Source of the DNA: Zygnema circumcarinatum SAG 698-1b
Lineage: Eukaryota > Plantae > Zygnematophyceae
Direction of reading: 5' to 3'
Length of the DNA: 64,000 bases
NCBI GenBank assembly: GCA_037447605.1
Contig: CM074815.1
Coordinates: forward strand, 372,001-436,000
Part shown: positions 1-12,909 of the stretch, in pieces
How the letters are laid out: the number at the start of each line of letters is the position of its first letter
How positions within the stretch are numbered: position 1 is the first letter of the stretch
Made by a program: the position numbers and the translations under genes
The notes under the pieces: model-generated
What the model saw: the letters and a program-made list of their open reading frames with translations, nothing else
Databases searched by the model: none
What the model was told of the DNA's origin: nothing

Positions 1-360
1 ACAGTTTTACCGTACACAAGATGGTACAAAAACCCGACCGTACCGTACGAATAAGTCGGTTCACCACCTGCGCGCCCATCTCCGTACAAATGTACTATAC
101 GACATGGTACGAATCAGTGTACTGTAACCGTACATTATATGGTACAGTACGGTCAATCGAGCGTACCGTACGTTTTATGTCGGTGGCTCCGCCCTCATCT
201 TGAGTCGGTCGGTCCGGCCGAGAGCGGAGCCGTCCGTCGGCCTGTGCGGCGGCGACGGCCGGCGGCCCTTGCAGGCTGCGATGCGACCCACGCCGACTGG
301 CCCGACCGCCAGAGGGGCGGCCCCCGCCGACTGCGAGCGACTCCTGGCTGTGCTCTCCAT

Positions 361-1215
361 CTCCTCTCCCTCTCCCTCTCCCTCTCCCTCTGCTTCTCCC
401 CAATTTCCCCTCTCTCCCTTTCCCCCATTTGTCCCTCCCCCTTCCTCTTCCTCTCCCTCTCCCGCTCCCTCTCCCTCTGCTTCTCCCCATTTCCCCCTCT
501 CCCTTTCCCCCATTTCTCCCTCCCTCTTCCTCTTCCTCTCCATCTCCCTCTCCCCCTCTCCCCCATTTCCCCCCCTCCCTTTCCCCCATTTCTCCCTCCC
601 TCTTACTCTTCCTCTCCCTCTCCCTCTCCCTCTGCTTCTCCCCCATTTCCCCCTCCCCCTTTCCCCCATTACTCCCTCCCTCTTCCTCTTCCTCTCTATC
701 TCCCTCTCCCCCATTTCCCCCCCTCCCTTTCCCCCATTTCTCCCTCCCTCTTGCTCTTCCTCTCCCTCTCCCTCTGCTTCCTCCCCCATTCCCCCCCTCC
801 CTTTCCCCCATTTCTCCCTCCCTCTTCCTCTTCCTCTCCCTCTCCCTCTCCCTCTACTTCTTCCCCATTTCCCCCTTTCCCTTTCCCCCATTTCTCCCTC
901 CCTCTTCCTCTTCCTCTTCCTCTCCCTCTCCCTCTGCTACTCCCCCATTTGCCCTCTCTCCCTTTCCCCCATTTCTCCCTCCCTCTTCCTCTTCCTCTCC
1001 CTCTCCCTCTCCCTCTGCTTCTCCCCCATTTCCCCCTCTCCCTTTCCCCCATTTCTCCCTCCCTCTTCCTCTTCCTCTCCCTCTCCCTCTCCCTCTCCCT
1101 CTGCTTCTCCCCCATTGCCCCCTCTCCCTTTCCCCCATTTCTCCCTCTCCCTTTCCCTCTCTCTCTCCCTCTCCCTCTCCCTCTCCCTTTCCCTCTCTCT
1201 CTTCCTCTCCCTCTC
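361..1215. repeat. CT-rich minisatellite (~70-80 bp unit, ~11 copies) upstream of the BOR-like start codon
   Basis: Recurrent unit ccctctgcttctcccccatttccccctctccctttcccccatttctccctccctcttcctcttcctctc; explains the spurious Pro/Ser- and Gly/Glu/Arg-rich ORFs here. Confidence 0.9.
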
Positions 1216-1241
1216 TCCCCCACTCGCCCACTGCCCTGAAA

Positions 1242-2377
1242 ATGTCGACTAGGACAAGCTCCCCTATAGTCACCTACGACGAAGCAGCTCCAAGTGACAA
1301 CGACCAGCCCTCTCCCTGCTGCTGCACCACCCTCTTCTCACACGTGCAGGAAGACATAGAACAGATCTGGGTCAACCGAACTCGGCAATGGGAAATCTCA
1401 AATACCACCGTCTACATGTCTCCGTTGCTTGCTGCTTACTGCGTAATCTTAACCCTAATCTTTGGACTTGACATGGAAACCGCCACAATGGGGCAGATTG
1501 GACCAACTGAGACCCTACTAGCCACAGCTATTGGGGGCGCAGTCTACTCCCTTTTTGGGTCCATCCCTTCCGCCATCATAGGCTTGAACGGTTCCATGGC
1601 TCTGTTTCTGGTTGCGGTTCACAGAACGGCGCAGCATGTGAAGATCCCCTTTCTGCCGTGGTTAGGTTGGATAGGAATATGGTGCTCAGTGTTCTTATTT
1701 TGTGCAGGAGCAGCTAATTTGGGACGCTTCTTTAGAGAGATTCGGAGGTTTGGATTTGAGGTTCAGACCATCCTTACATGGATGGCTTTAATATGGGACG
1801 CCGGGTCTCTTCTTAAAGATGTGATTGGGGAGTATCCATTGGCTACAGGGTTGGCTGCCCTTTGGTTGGCTACTATGGCATTGGTAGTAGGGGGGCTGCT
1901 CTCCCGCACTAAGGGAGGGGGCTTTTTCAGTGACTCGTGGAGCACCTTCTTTGCGGAAAATAGCTTGGTGATAGCTTTTCTGCTGCTTACTGGTAAGGAG
2001 GGTTTGAGAGGAGAGGTTTTGGATGAGGGAAGGGAGATGTGAGTGAGACGACTCGACTCTCGACTACACGAGAGGGAGAAAAGGGGAGAGGGACAAGGGG
2101 GAGAGAGAAAGAGAGGGGGGGGGGGGGGGAGGGGGAAAGGAGGCGAGGGAGAGAGATACAATGAGGAGAGAGACGGGGAGAGCAGGAGAGGGATGGGGAT
2201 GGCGTGAGAGAGATAGAGCAGGAGAGGGAGAGGGAGAGGGAGAGGGAGAGGGAAAGGGAGAGAGGTGATGAAAAGGGAGAGGGAAAGGGAGAGAGGTGAT
2301 GAAAAGGGAGAGGGAAAGGGAGAGGGGTGATGAAAAGGGAGAGGGAGAGGGATAGGGGAAGAGAAAAGTGGGTAAGG

Positions 2378-2409
<32 letters not shown>

Positions 2410-5400
2410 GAGAGGGAGAGACGATGCTTCACCTCCACTTCCTAACAAAGCACGTCACTTTGGGCGGATCTTCCAGCTTTACAGGGCGTACCCTTCTCTC
2501 CCTCCCCTCCCTCCGCCCGCCTGGAAATGCCCTCTCCCGGCCTGCACTCCGATAACCGCACAAGCCTCGGAAAGGTGGTGGAGCTAGCGCATGTCCCCGG
2601 CTGGGCGGCCCTCCTTGCTGCCGTTCCGGGCACAGCCCTCGCCTGCTTAATACTCATCTCCCATTCAGCTTCCGCCGCTCTCCTTGAGGCAGGTTTGCTG
2701 CCTCCGCTTCCTCAATAATCACTTTCAGATAAGAAAAGTGACTTTATTACGCTGGATAATTATAAATTTTACCAATGTGTTTGATGATCGTGAACAGATT
2801 TTTTTTGATTTTTCGATTTTGATGGTTTAAGTAAGTAGGGGGGCAGATAATCTCAGAGGTTTAGGGTTTTGGATGAATGCAGGAGGCAGGTGGATATGAG
2901 CAGAAATGGAGCAGGGGAAGCTGGGATCTGCTTGTGATTGGCTCCCTTGTAATAGTTTGCAGCCTGCTCCGCCTTCCTTTTGTATGCAGCCTTTCCCAAA
3001 CGGTAAGCAGATGATGATCATTAATAACCCTAAAACTCAGTCACTGCAAACATGTATGATGCAAATACATATATATTCATATAGGGAGTAAGACATTTGA
3101 CTAATACAAGGGAGGGTTTGCAGAGTGTAAGGCACCTTAAGGCTCTGAAGAGGTCAAAAGCTTCATCGACTGATGAAGAGAGCCAGCATCTGCGAGAGAG
3201 GGAGAGAGGAGGAGAGGAGAGGAGGGAGGGTGGGAGAGCTACCTCTCTTCTTACCGCTCTCTTAGTGGGAGTTTTCCTTTTGCCCGGACCTGCAAAACTA
3301 GTGAAGTTAGCACCCAAAGGAGTGCTCATTGGACTTCTTGCCCTGGTCAGTATTCAAAGGTCCAAATTTCCCATAATGAAGCCCTTCATATTGTATTGTA
3401 CCCCTCCATATAAAACAGCTCAGCTTAGGGTTTCTAGCCTGCCAAATCTGACTAAACTTTTTGACCGACTTTTGGCTAAAGCAGGTCGCCTTCAGATCAC
3501 TTGCTGGACTCGATTTTATTCGATATATTCAGTATTTGACAGCATATGGAAGCAGAAGAAAGTTTCCTTCTCAAGGGCAAAGCCTGCAAGACCTACCCAA
3601 ACGCCATATATCAACTTATATCCTCCTACAATTTGGGTTCTCTATTGCTCTTTTAGCCCTTCTCCGCAGCCCTGGAGGACCCCTCTTTCCCATATTGATC
3701 ATTCTTTTTACTTTTCTTGCTTCATCTGCATTCCAAAACCTAATTCCTGAGGAATCTCTCGAAGTTCTCAACAGAAAACTTCCTGGAGATATCACAGATC
3801 CTTCATCACTTGTTCCATATATCTCCCCTCCCTCTCCCACTTCTCCTCCCACTCCCCCTCCTGCTGCTGGTCAAAACCCACATGAATCCTCACTGGAAAA
3901 CGAGGAGAAATTGCTCCTTCAAGCAACTCCAGTCTACAAAAGGATTGACACAAAATCGGTAGAAGACCCTTCTCCTGTACATCACTCAATTTTTTTGGGG
4001 CAGAAGCTTCCGGAATCTCAAGCCTTTGAAGATTCTGAAAGTCTGACAGATACAGATTCTATGAAAGCAGAAGCTCCGGATAGCGACTCTAAGGCCTCTG
4101 CAACTTTTACTGAATATCCCAAAAACCCTAAAAATCCTCTTCTGGAGAGGGCTGCACGTCCCCCTATACATCTTTACAATAATGCTCTTTTCTATTTGGA
4201 AAATCGTCACAAGAATTTAGACTCTTTCAAATTCAACTCTAGTCGATTTCCTTCCCGCTCAAAAAGCACTTCTATAATCAATCCCAAGGACTTGCCTTCT
4301 GCTTCAGAAAACTTATTCAGAGCTAAGACCTTATCCACTTCAAGGGATCACATAGATCATTATAATGCTTTTCTTTATAATGATATCGATAATGATCATG
4401 ATAATCTTTTCAATGATCTAAAGAGTGAAAAAGAGCCCTCTGAGGAGATAAGGAGAGTCCGGCCGCGGACTACTCCTTCAGTTACTTCTGAAAGCTTGGA
4501 ATCCAGTCCAACTTTTAGGGCAAACCTTCCATCTGACTCCTCTCTCTCGTCGATCACTCCCTCCTCCCTCCCTCTCCTCTCTCCTTCTCTCCATAGTAAC
4601 AGGAACAGGGAGCCTCTGCCAAGCTGCAGCTCTCAAGTAGCAAGAGAAATTGAGCGGCAAATGGCAGCTTCGAACCAAGACCTTGGAAACGAAGAAGTGG
4701 ACCTCTTCCCTATGGCTTCTCTGAAACAAGGAGAGACTACTGATGTTCTACAACGATTGAAGGAAGAGGAAAAAGTTGGGACTTCAAATGTAACTCTGGA
4801 AGACCATGGATTGGGGGAATTCCGACCTGTCGAAGTAATTTCAGAGGGCAAAAGAACTTATAAAACTGATGGATTGGAAGTGGCTTTTGATCCCTTGAAA
4901 GAAGTTTCTAAGGGAAGAGAAGTTGGGCAAACACTTTCTGAAGGAACACGTAAAAGCGGGGGAATTGGGCTCACTTTGGAAGCTTCAAAGCAGCAAATGA
5001 GCAGGATTCAAAGCTTTGAAGCAGGCTCTACAGTACGGAAAGAAACATTGGGTGTAAAAAGAGGGTCCCTTGCAGAACAGGAGGGTGACAGGTTCATCAA
5101 AGAGAAGGAGCAGAGAGATGGAGATTCAAAACAAAAAACAGGAGACGAACTTGCCCACCTGACAGCAGCAAAGGACAGCCGAAAAGCAGCGACTGATGTA
5201 AGGCAGGAATTACAGAGAGCAGGAAATTCCAAGAATTCGGGAACGTTGCATGTTCCTGCAGGAGTTGAGACAAAGAACCGCAGTACAGTTACTCTAGAAA
5301 TTGATCGAAACGGGAAAAGTATGAGGGATAGCAAATCGAATGCAAGTCAAGTCATTTCGAAAGTCTGGGAAAGAAAGGAGGAGCCTGCAGGAAGTGGCTA

Positions 5401-6049
5401 CTCTCAAGCAGCTAAAGCATTAACAAATGCAGGTCAAACATCGACTGTGATTGAGCGAAAGGATGACGAGACACAAGGGATTCAGCACTCCGAAGAGAAT
5501 ATCAAGAAAGGAAATGCAGCGAAGTTTTCTGATAAGCCTCATGGAGAGAGCAGCTTGAGGGCATCCAAGTTTAAGGGCCCATCAAACTCAGCTTCAAAAA
5601 TCGACCAAGTCAGAAACCGGCATCGAGTGGGTCCTCCAAACGTGCTACCATTGAAGCGTTCAAGCAGTGAATCTTCGTTAGTAGCAGAGTCAGCAAGAGT
5701 GGTTGAAAAAATAAGTCAACCAAAACCGGCAGTTGTATCTGAGACAGCGCAGCAAATGCATATGGGATCTCAAGGAAGCGGAGAAAAGAAACAATTCCGG
5801 CAAGCAAGCAGTTCACGCGGAGATCATTCAAGCCAGCAAAGAACATCAAGTAGCAGAGCACAGAGAAGGAAAGGCAGTTTCAACCCTAAATTAGATAAAA
5901 GACAAGCGAATGTAGTGAAGATTAAGCATTATGATTCCTCTGACGGAGAGCCGAAAAATGTCTCCCTGCTTTTCCTGGCGAGTCGTGAATCTGCGGCTTG
6001 GAAAGGAGAGAACAACCGCTCTCTATCTGCAAACAGCAAGGTTTGTTGA
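1242..6049 (+). CDS. Divergent borate/bicarbonate transporter (BOR/SLC4 family) with a very long hydrophilic C-terminal tail, ~1288 aa
   Basis: Phase-consistent GT-AG exons 1242-1992, 2477-2692, 2890-3002, 3124-3345, 3485-6049. BOR-like motifs: GQIGPTETLLATAIGGAVYSLFG, IPFLPWLGWIGIW, WDLLVIGSLVIVCSLLRLP, RATSLLTALLVG, GVLIGL, GPLFPILII. Confidence 0.8.
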
Positions 6050-6445
6050 AAGCCCCATCCATGTGCAGCACATAAAGCAATTGGGCCCTTTCGTTGGGTT
6101 TGGGAGTGTTTCGATTCATTTCAGAAACAAGAAATACATAAACGGAATCATCGCTAATTCTCGCATACTTTTGGCATGCTGACAGGTCGCCTGGCGGAGG
6201 TAAACTTTTCTACGGGCTGGAGCTATACATTGGGGATGCAGCAAGCAGAAGCATGCTTAGAGCTTATCTGAGCCAGCAAAAATGTCAGAATTGTACAAAG
6301 GGAGACTGAAAAATCATCTACTGATGATACAAAGAGAGATTAATAATGTGACTTAGTGCCGAAAAAAAATATTGAATCGCTACTCGTTTCCTGTCTGAAT
6401 CTGCTGATGATCGAGAGACCATCGAAAAGAGGATTGCTTCAGGTC

Positions 6446-7206
6446 TTAAGGCCCTCCAAGAATGGCGTTTTCCAAATCTTGCCGACTTAGGGCATAGCTG
6501 AACTTGCGCTCCACGTCTCGCTGCAGATTTCCCGGTCCGCTTTTCAGGTATCTGCCTCAGCAAAAAAATGAAAAATAAGTATAATAATACCACAAAAGCA
6601 GAGGAAAAAATGATCAACAAGGCAAGGACAAATGCAAAAATATTCAGATCGAGTCTCTGCTTCCCAGCAAGCTTGAGCAATTTCTGGAAGAAAAGACCTA
6701 ATCAAGCAAGCAAGCAAGAGAAAGAACCTTACCATTCCAACACTGCAATCATTAAACTATCAAACTTTTGCAAACAAAAATGACATCAAACGTGCAAAAA
6801 TGTTGAAGATGAGCACCCACCTCACTGCTAGCTCAGTGACGTCCATTGAAAGCTCTGCATGCCAGTCAGGGCGGCGGAGCAGCCATAGCTCCAAGGTCGA
6901 AGAGTTCTGCTCAAACCCTAGACTCCGGAGCCATGCCTCTATGCAGGGAAGGCTGTGCGCATAGAGGGCAGATGTGCAGGCAGGCAGCTGCTGCAGCCAC
7001 GTGTCATCCACAGAGGCGTTTTCATCGCCAGAGATGGATGCAGAAGCTCTGCAGGTCCGGGAGCCATGGCGGAGGGAAGGGAGGGGCCTCCATGGTTGGA
7101 GAGTCAACGAGAGAGATGAGGGAGAGAGAGAGGGGGAGAGGGAGGGGGAGAGGGAGACAGATCTCTGCAGCAGGAAGTGTTGGTGAGATGCGGAGAGAAG
7201 CGCCAT
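6446..7206 (-). CDS. DUF3143 family plastid protein of cyanobacterial type
   Basis: Exons 7206-6821 and 6551-6446. LYAHSLPCIEAWLRSLGF, WLLRRPDWHAELSMDVTELAVR|YLKSGPGNLQRDVERKFSYALSRQDLENAILGGP*; Ser-rich transit-peptide-like N-terminus. Confidence 0.85.
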
Positions 7207-8311
7207 AGATTGAATTTATGGAGCTTTTGAGAAGAAGGATATGCAGCTTTTGATCATTTACTTGCTTCTTTCTATGAAATTCTTTCTTGCAGAATTTTCA
7301 GAACCTGGAGTTTCGGCTTCTTGAAGGCCTGCAAAGGGCAGGGCAGGGCAGGAAATGGAAGCACAGCAGAGTGCCACGTGTTCCATTTCTTCCGTATGGC
7401 ACTTTTAGGGTTCAGACTTTCGGATGTAGGGTTTACGGTTTTGGTCGCCTCATGAGTCTCATGTTGTTGTTGAACATGAAAGCTCATGTGAAGGATCGAA
7501 ACTATTTATTCCATTCCACACCTAATGTATTCTGTTCTTAAAAAATGTTGTTGATGTTGAGAAATGTGATGATGGTAGGACATGGATCCAACATTGGTCG
7601 CTCCATGGCCATGCCATGAAAAGGTACATGTTCAACAACAACATGGGGAACCACGAGGAACCAACCGCTGACAAAGGATCTAAGGCCGAAAGAAAAAGGG
7701 GCAGCTCTGCTTCTTTCCTTCGTAATTTTTCATACTTTTTTTTTTTTTTTTTGATACAAGCGCTAGTCCCCCCTTCCATTCTTTTCGGTGCAAATTTGAA
7801 AAAACTTGAGGAGAGCTTCCAGCTTTGTTGTTCTACAAAGGGAAATACTTTTATGCTTTTGCAATTCTTGAAGTTTTCATTCAACTGATTCTCCCTGCTT
7901 ACTGTTTGATGGTTCAACTGCCAGGAAACGGAACATGGAACTGAACGGAACGGAAACTGAGCGGGACAAAAAGTAGATGGACATAAAAACACAAAAAAAA
8001 CGCTTTGGAGCTTTTTCATTCAAACAGAACATTCTAAAGTGAATGGTACAGCGCTGTGCAAATAAAAATAAGAAAAAAGGGGTCAACTGCAGCTACAAGA
8101 ACAATCTTGAAATTCGAAAAAAATAGTTTGAAATAAAACACTAAAGTCACAAGGAGCATATATCAATATTCAAAACCAATTTCCAGCCAAACCTAATCCT
8201 AAGTTTTGAAAAAAAAAAAAGTCGTTCTGACGCCCTCTGAGTGGGAACTGTCCCTCGGGGGATCGCAGCGAATCGGAGCCTTTGTGGTGCTTTTAAGCAG
8301 AGGGGGTTGGA

Positions 8312-10546
8312 TTACATTCGCCGCGAGTAGCCCGTCCCGCTGCACTTCTTGCATAGGACCAGGCCTGCAAGGACGGAGGGAGGGAGGGAGGAGGGGAGGG
8401 GAGGGGGAGGGGGAGGGGAGGAGGGGAGGGGGAGGGGGAGGGGGAGGGGGAGGGGGAGGGGAGGGGGGAGGGGGAGGGGAGGGGGGAGGGAGAGGGAGGG
8501 GGAGGGGAGGGGGGAGGGGAGGGGAGGGGGAGGGGGAGGGGAGGGGGAGGGGGGAGGGGGAGGGGGGAGGGGGAGGGGGAGGGGAGGGGGAGGGGGAGGG
8601 GAGGGGAGGGGGAGGGGGAGGGAGAGGGGAGGGGGAGGGGAGGGGAGGGGGAGGGGAGGGGGAGGGGAGGGGGAGGGGAGGGGGAGGGGGAGGGGGAGGG
8701 GGAGGGGAGGAGGGAGGGGAGGGGAGGGGGAGGGGGGAGGGGGTAGGAAGGAGCGGGAGGGGAAATGACAGAGAGAGGGAGGGAGGGAGAGGGAGGGAAG
8801 AGAGCAAGAGAGAGAGCGAGAGAGTAACGGGAGAGGGAGGGGGAGAGAGGGAGGAGGAAGGGGGAGAGAGAGAGTGGGAGGACGAGAGAGAAGGGGAGAG
8901 AGAAAGGGAGATAAGAGATACTTTTGCAGTGGAATGGATGTGCATTGCCATAAAACACAGCACTTGCAAGTAGAAGGGGATGACGGAGTGAGGAAGGGAG
9001 GGACCACAAACGGAGACGGGAGGCGAAGTGCTCGCTTGCGAGAGAGAGAGAGAGAAGTTAAGAGATGGATTGGGGGGGACTGACGAAGAATTGGAAGGAA
9101 AATGTGAGTGGAGCAAAAGCGAAGAATGCGGAATGGAGCCCTTCAAACTTCAGAGAATGGACAGCAAACTATGCCTCATGAATCGAAACATAGCAGAAAA
9201 GTATGCAGATGAGTGGATCCATAGTTTAAGAGAGAGAGAGAGAAGGAGGGCGAAAAGGAGAGAAAGGAGCTAAGGGTGGAATGCGCTGAAAGACGAACCT
9301 GCTCCTCTGCACACGCGGCACTCCACTCTGTTGTTGTTGACAACCATCTTCCCCTCGTCGCAAAAGACACACTTTGTGCCGCCTGCAGGGTCATCCATCG
9401 CCCGCGATGCATGGGTCAACATGCAATGCATGCACACCATGGAGGGCATTGGCATGCAGAATGCAGAAAGGATGGCACATGCCATGATGCCAGACATCCT
9501 CTGGCTGTGAATGGGATGTAGAATGCATGGCATGCCATGCTGCTTGGCATGTGATGACATGACATGGATGTGAAATGCCGCCTGGCATGAGGCATGTCAA
9601 GAGCCATGAATTATGAAATGCCCGGGGTTGCATGAGTCATGGCATGTGGGATGGACATGGCAGCATGGCTCAATGCATGAGTAACTGCACGCCGTGAAAG
9701 TGCGAGGCAGCATGAATATGAAGGATGGCAGTTTAGGGTTTAAGGGCCGGCAGAGCCCACCGTTACCGCCGCAGCGATCACATGGAATAGGGTCTCCCTG
9801 CAGCGCCATCCTCCCCACCGCCATTTCCCGCCTCAGTTGTCCATGGCTGCCTCCTCCCTCCCTTCTACCGTCCTTCACTTCACTAAAATCATCCATTTCG
9901 CGCTAGTCTCTCTCTCTCCCTCTCTCTCCTCCTCCCCCCTTCCCCTTTTCTTTGCCTCTCATCCTCTCACTACTGTTGCTCTTGTCTCCATGAATGCATC
10001 TCCCTCTCGCTCCCTCTCTCCCTCCCTCTCGACAACTTCCATCCTCTCCTGCACTTACTACTCACACATTCCCAATTCCTGGTCGCCTCTATTTCTGTCT
10101 CTTTCTCTCTCGTTCTCTCTATCTCTCCCTATCTCACTCACTCCCTCTCGCGTCGTCCCATCCCTCTCGCCCTACTCTGCCCTCTCCCTCTCTCCCCTCC
10201 CCTCTCCCCCCTCTTTCTCTCTCTCCCTCTCCTTCTCACTCTCTCAGCTAGACCAAGGCCATGGCAGACACACCTTGAGCCCAAAAATAAGCGAAGCCGC
10301 AGTCGCAGTAAACGCTCCCGCAGCCAAAATGACGACCTGCAAATTCGGCGGCTCGAACTCCGCCTTGGCTACCAGCCGCCATGGCTCCCTCCCCCTAACC
10401 CTCTCCCTCTCCCTTCCCCTCCAACCGCTCCTCCTCAGCACGCTCTCGTTCCGCGGAACGGGTGCAACTGCACACACTTCCGTTCCTCGAAACGGGGAGT
10501 TCAGCAGGACGGGCCTGAGTCCGCCTCCCTGCGGAAAAGCCGCCAT
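8312..10546 (-). CDS. DnaJ-like zinc-finger protein (CxxCxGxG repeats) with one TM helix and a probable transit peptide; resembles Arabidopsis At1g22630
   Basis: Phase-consistent exons 10546-10274, 9797-9761, 9382-9299, 8364-8312 give [54 protein letters not shown]. Confidence 0.85.
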
Positions 10547-11169
10547 GGCGCGGAGCTTTCAGTACTTCCTCGAGCGCGGGGAGGAGGCCGCCATGGCTGC
10601 CCCGCTGAGAGCTTTGCAGAGAGGGGGCTGCCAGGGGGCTGTGGCTGGGGGGAGTGACGCCACGTGGCAGTCTCGCAGGATGCCACGTGACCCTCGGAAC
10701 GCTACAAGCACCTCGATGTGGATATAGCGTACGGTAAACAAATTGCCAATCAGAGAACGCCACGTCAGAAAATTTATACATGGCAAGCTGGGATTGGTTT
10801 TCCATGACAGGTACCTTCGGCGACCCGTCAACCGTACGTTTGTTCGTACAGTATGTACGGCACGGCCGTGTTGCTGCGCGGTTCACTGCATGGTTTAACT
10901 TCAAAGGAGAACCCGTGAGTGTAACCGCGCGGTCGAATCGAGTGTCGGGTTTCGCACGTGTGAATGGAGTCCGCGCGGTTCTGCGCCACAAGAAACCGCG
11001 CGGTAAAAAACCGCGTGGTTCTACGGCCACAAGGAGAAGGGCTGGGAGAAGGGTTCCGGCATTGCAAAAATTGACAGCGGTCTGCCGAAGGGAAGGAGGA
11101 GGAGGAAAGGGTTTGGAACGTCAATATTTTAACTTTTAGGTTGCATATACCCCTTGTTTAGGAGCAGGA

Positions 11170-11679
11170 ATGGCCGCCATGGCTGCCGCCGTTCATTTGG
11201 CGACCGCAGCGAGCTCCCTTGTGATGGTGAGAGTGCCTACGAAGGCGCCTGCTTGCGCAGAGAGCAGCTCCATGCTTGCGGGAGGAAGGTCCATGGCTGC
11301 TTCGTGCCAGGTTTCAGAGGAGCCGAGCAGCAGTGGAAACAGGGAAGGAAGCGCTGGGAGAGGGAGAAGAGTGTTGCTTTCTGGCGCCATGGCTGCCACT
11401 CTCGCAGCTATCTCTCTTTCTGCAGGATCAGCTGCTGAAGCGAAGGATATTCCGATTTTTGGAATCAAGAAGGTGAAGGAGGCGGCTACCTCAGCTGTTG
11501 AATCAGTTGAAAGCGCGGTTGAATCTGTTGAAAGCGCGGTGGAATCTGCTGCTGAGAGTCTGCCTGACCTCCCTGCAGCTCCAGCGCTTGCGGCTCCTGT
11601 TCAAGCAGGGATAGTGCTCGCCGCAGATGTCGCTGCATTTGGGATCGCATCTGCTGTTGTTGGATCACTCATTAAGTAG
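11170..11679 (+). CDS. Small thylakoid protein resembling the plant 'YCF37 homolog' (At2g23670-like)
   Basis: Single-exon 169 aa ORF with transit peptide, GRR-hydrophobic-AEA signal, KDIPIFGIKK, heptad repeats (SAVESVE x3) and C-terminal QAGIVLAADV..ASAVVGSL helix. Confidence 0.65.
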   Translation: MAAMAAAVHLATAASSLVMVRVPTKAPACAESSSMLAGGRSMAASCQVSEEPSSSGNREGSAGRGRRVLLSGAMAATLAAISLSAGSAAEAKDIPIFGIKKVKEAATSAVESVESAVESVESAVESAAESLPDLPAAPALAAPVQAGIVLAADVAAFGIASAVVGSLIK

Positions 11680-12842
11680 ATATTGTACGAGCAGGAGAGC
11701 GAGCAGGATGTGGTAGGGATATATGCATTATTTATCAGAGAGAAAGAGGAAAAAATGAAGCAGTTTTTGCTTGAACTTAGTCAATGGAGAAGGCGTCGTG
11801 ATTGCCGAGGAGATCCAGTTGCAGCGCGTCAGTCAGATTAGGAGTAGAAAGTTAGCACCTATCTTTACTTGTTCCCGATCTCCTCAGTTTTTGTTAGGTC
11901 AGCGAAAGCTTCGGATATTGTTTAGAGCACTTTGCTATGCTCAGGACCTGCATGCCTCTTCTGATCTTGAAGGAAACCTTCATTTTTGCTCTTCTCAGGG
12001 TTTGTTTGTGTGTAATCTTTCTTCTTGTTTCACTCACCTTCTGCCACAAATATACCACAACAACAAGGGCATTCGCAGCAATGCAACTCTTGTAGACTGT
12101 TCCCTTTTCTTTTTGACTCTTATGATGATGCATACCTGCAATTGCTTGGTCTCGGATCTGATGCTCTGGTTGCCTACTACATACTTGCACGATATTTGAA
12201 GATCGAGGAATCTGCAGTTACCTCCCTGGTCTGATAAGCCGATGTGATGCACTCAGGTGAAGATTAAACTGCTCAAGAAAGCCCTTCCAGCCGAACAGGT
12301 CAAAGATTTAAGCAAATTAGGGTGTAGTGGTGCCTTAGGATGTACATGTGTGATCAAGGGGAACTTTTGCAGGTGAGGGGCTTTATCGATGGGATGTTTT
12401 TACATGTAATGTCGTTATATCCTGATGTGATGTGATTAGGAAAATAGGACATAATAATTCCTTATTAACTTGCTAATCCAAATCGTTCTTCACCCAACGA
12501 TCCATGCTTTTGAACCTCATCAACGAACCACACTGCTTGCAGCAATGCAGGACCTTCTCTGAACACTACACCTTTAGATCTTAAACCCTTCCAAGCATGC
12601 ATGCATGCCTGCATCACATTCCACATGCCACACATACCATAAAACAAAACAAATGGGTCCTTCCTTACATTCTCAAAAAAATTACACCTTGCCTCCCCAT
12701 CTTCACCAGCCATCTTTACAATAGGGAGCCTCCCACTAGACACATTCGACCCTCCGTTAACTACCAAGGGGGAGAGAATGGGGGAGAGAGGGACAAGCAG
12801 ACGGAGTGAATCGTCAGGAACAGAGTTTGGGTTAAAGAGTTC

Positions 12843-12875
<33 letters not shown>

Positions 12876-12909
12876 GATTAAGAATTCTAGGTTTAGGGTT
12901 TAAGGGCTA

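Noticed and set aside
95-1273. Long overlapping Pro/Ser- and Gly/Glu/Arg-rich ORFs (also 8199-9146, 24481-24897, 32572-33353, 55292-56395, 57047-58303)
   Set aside because: Artefacts of stop-free GA/CT tracts, open in most frames, lying in introns or intergenic DNA
3461-6049. Stand-alone 862 aa gene
   Set aside because: Starts at a splice acceptor (3485) and encodes the last BOR helices; it is the terminal exon
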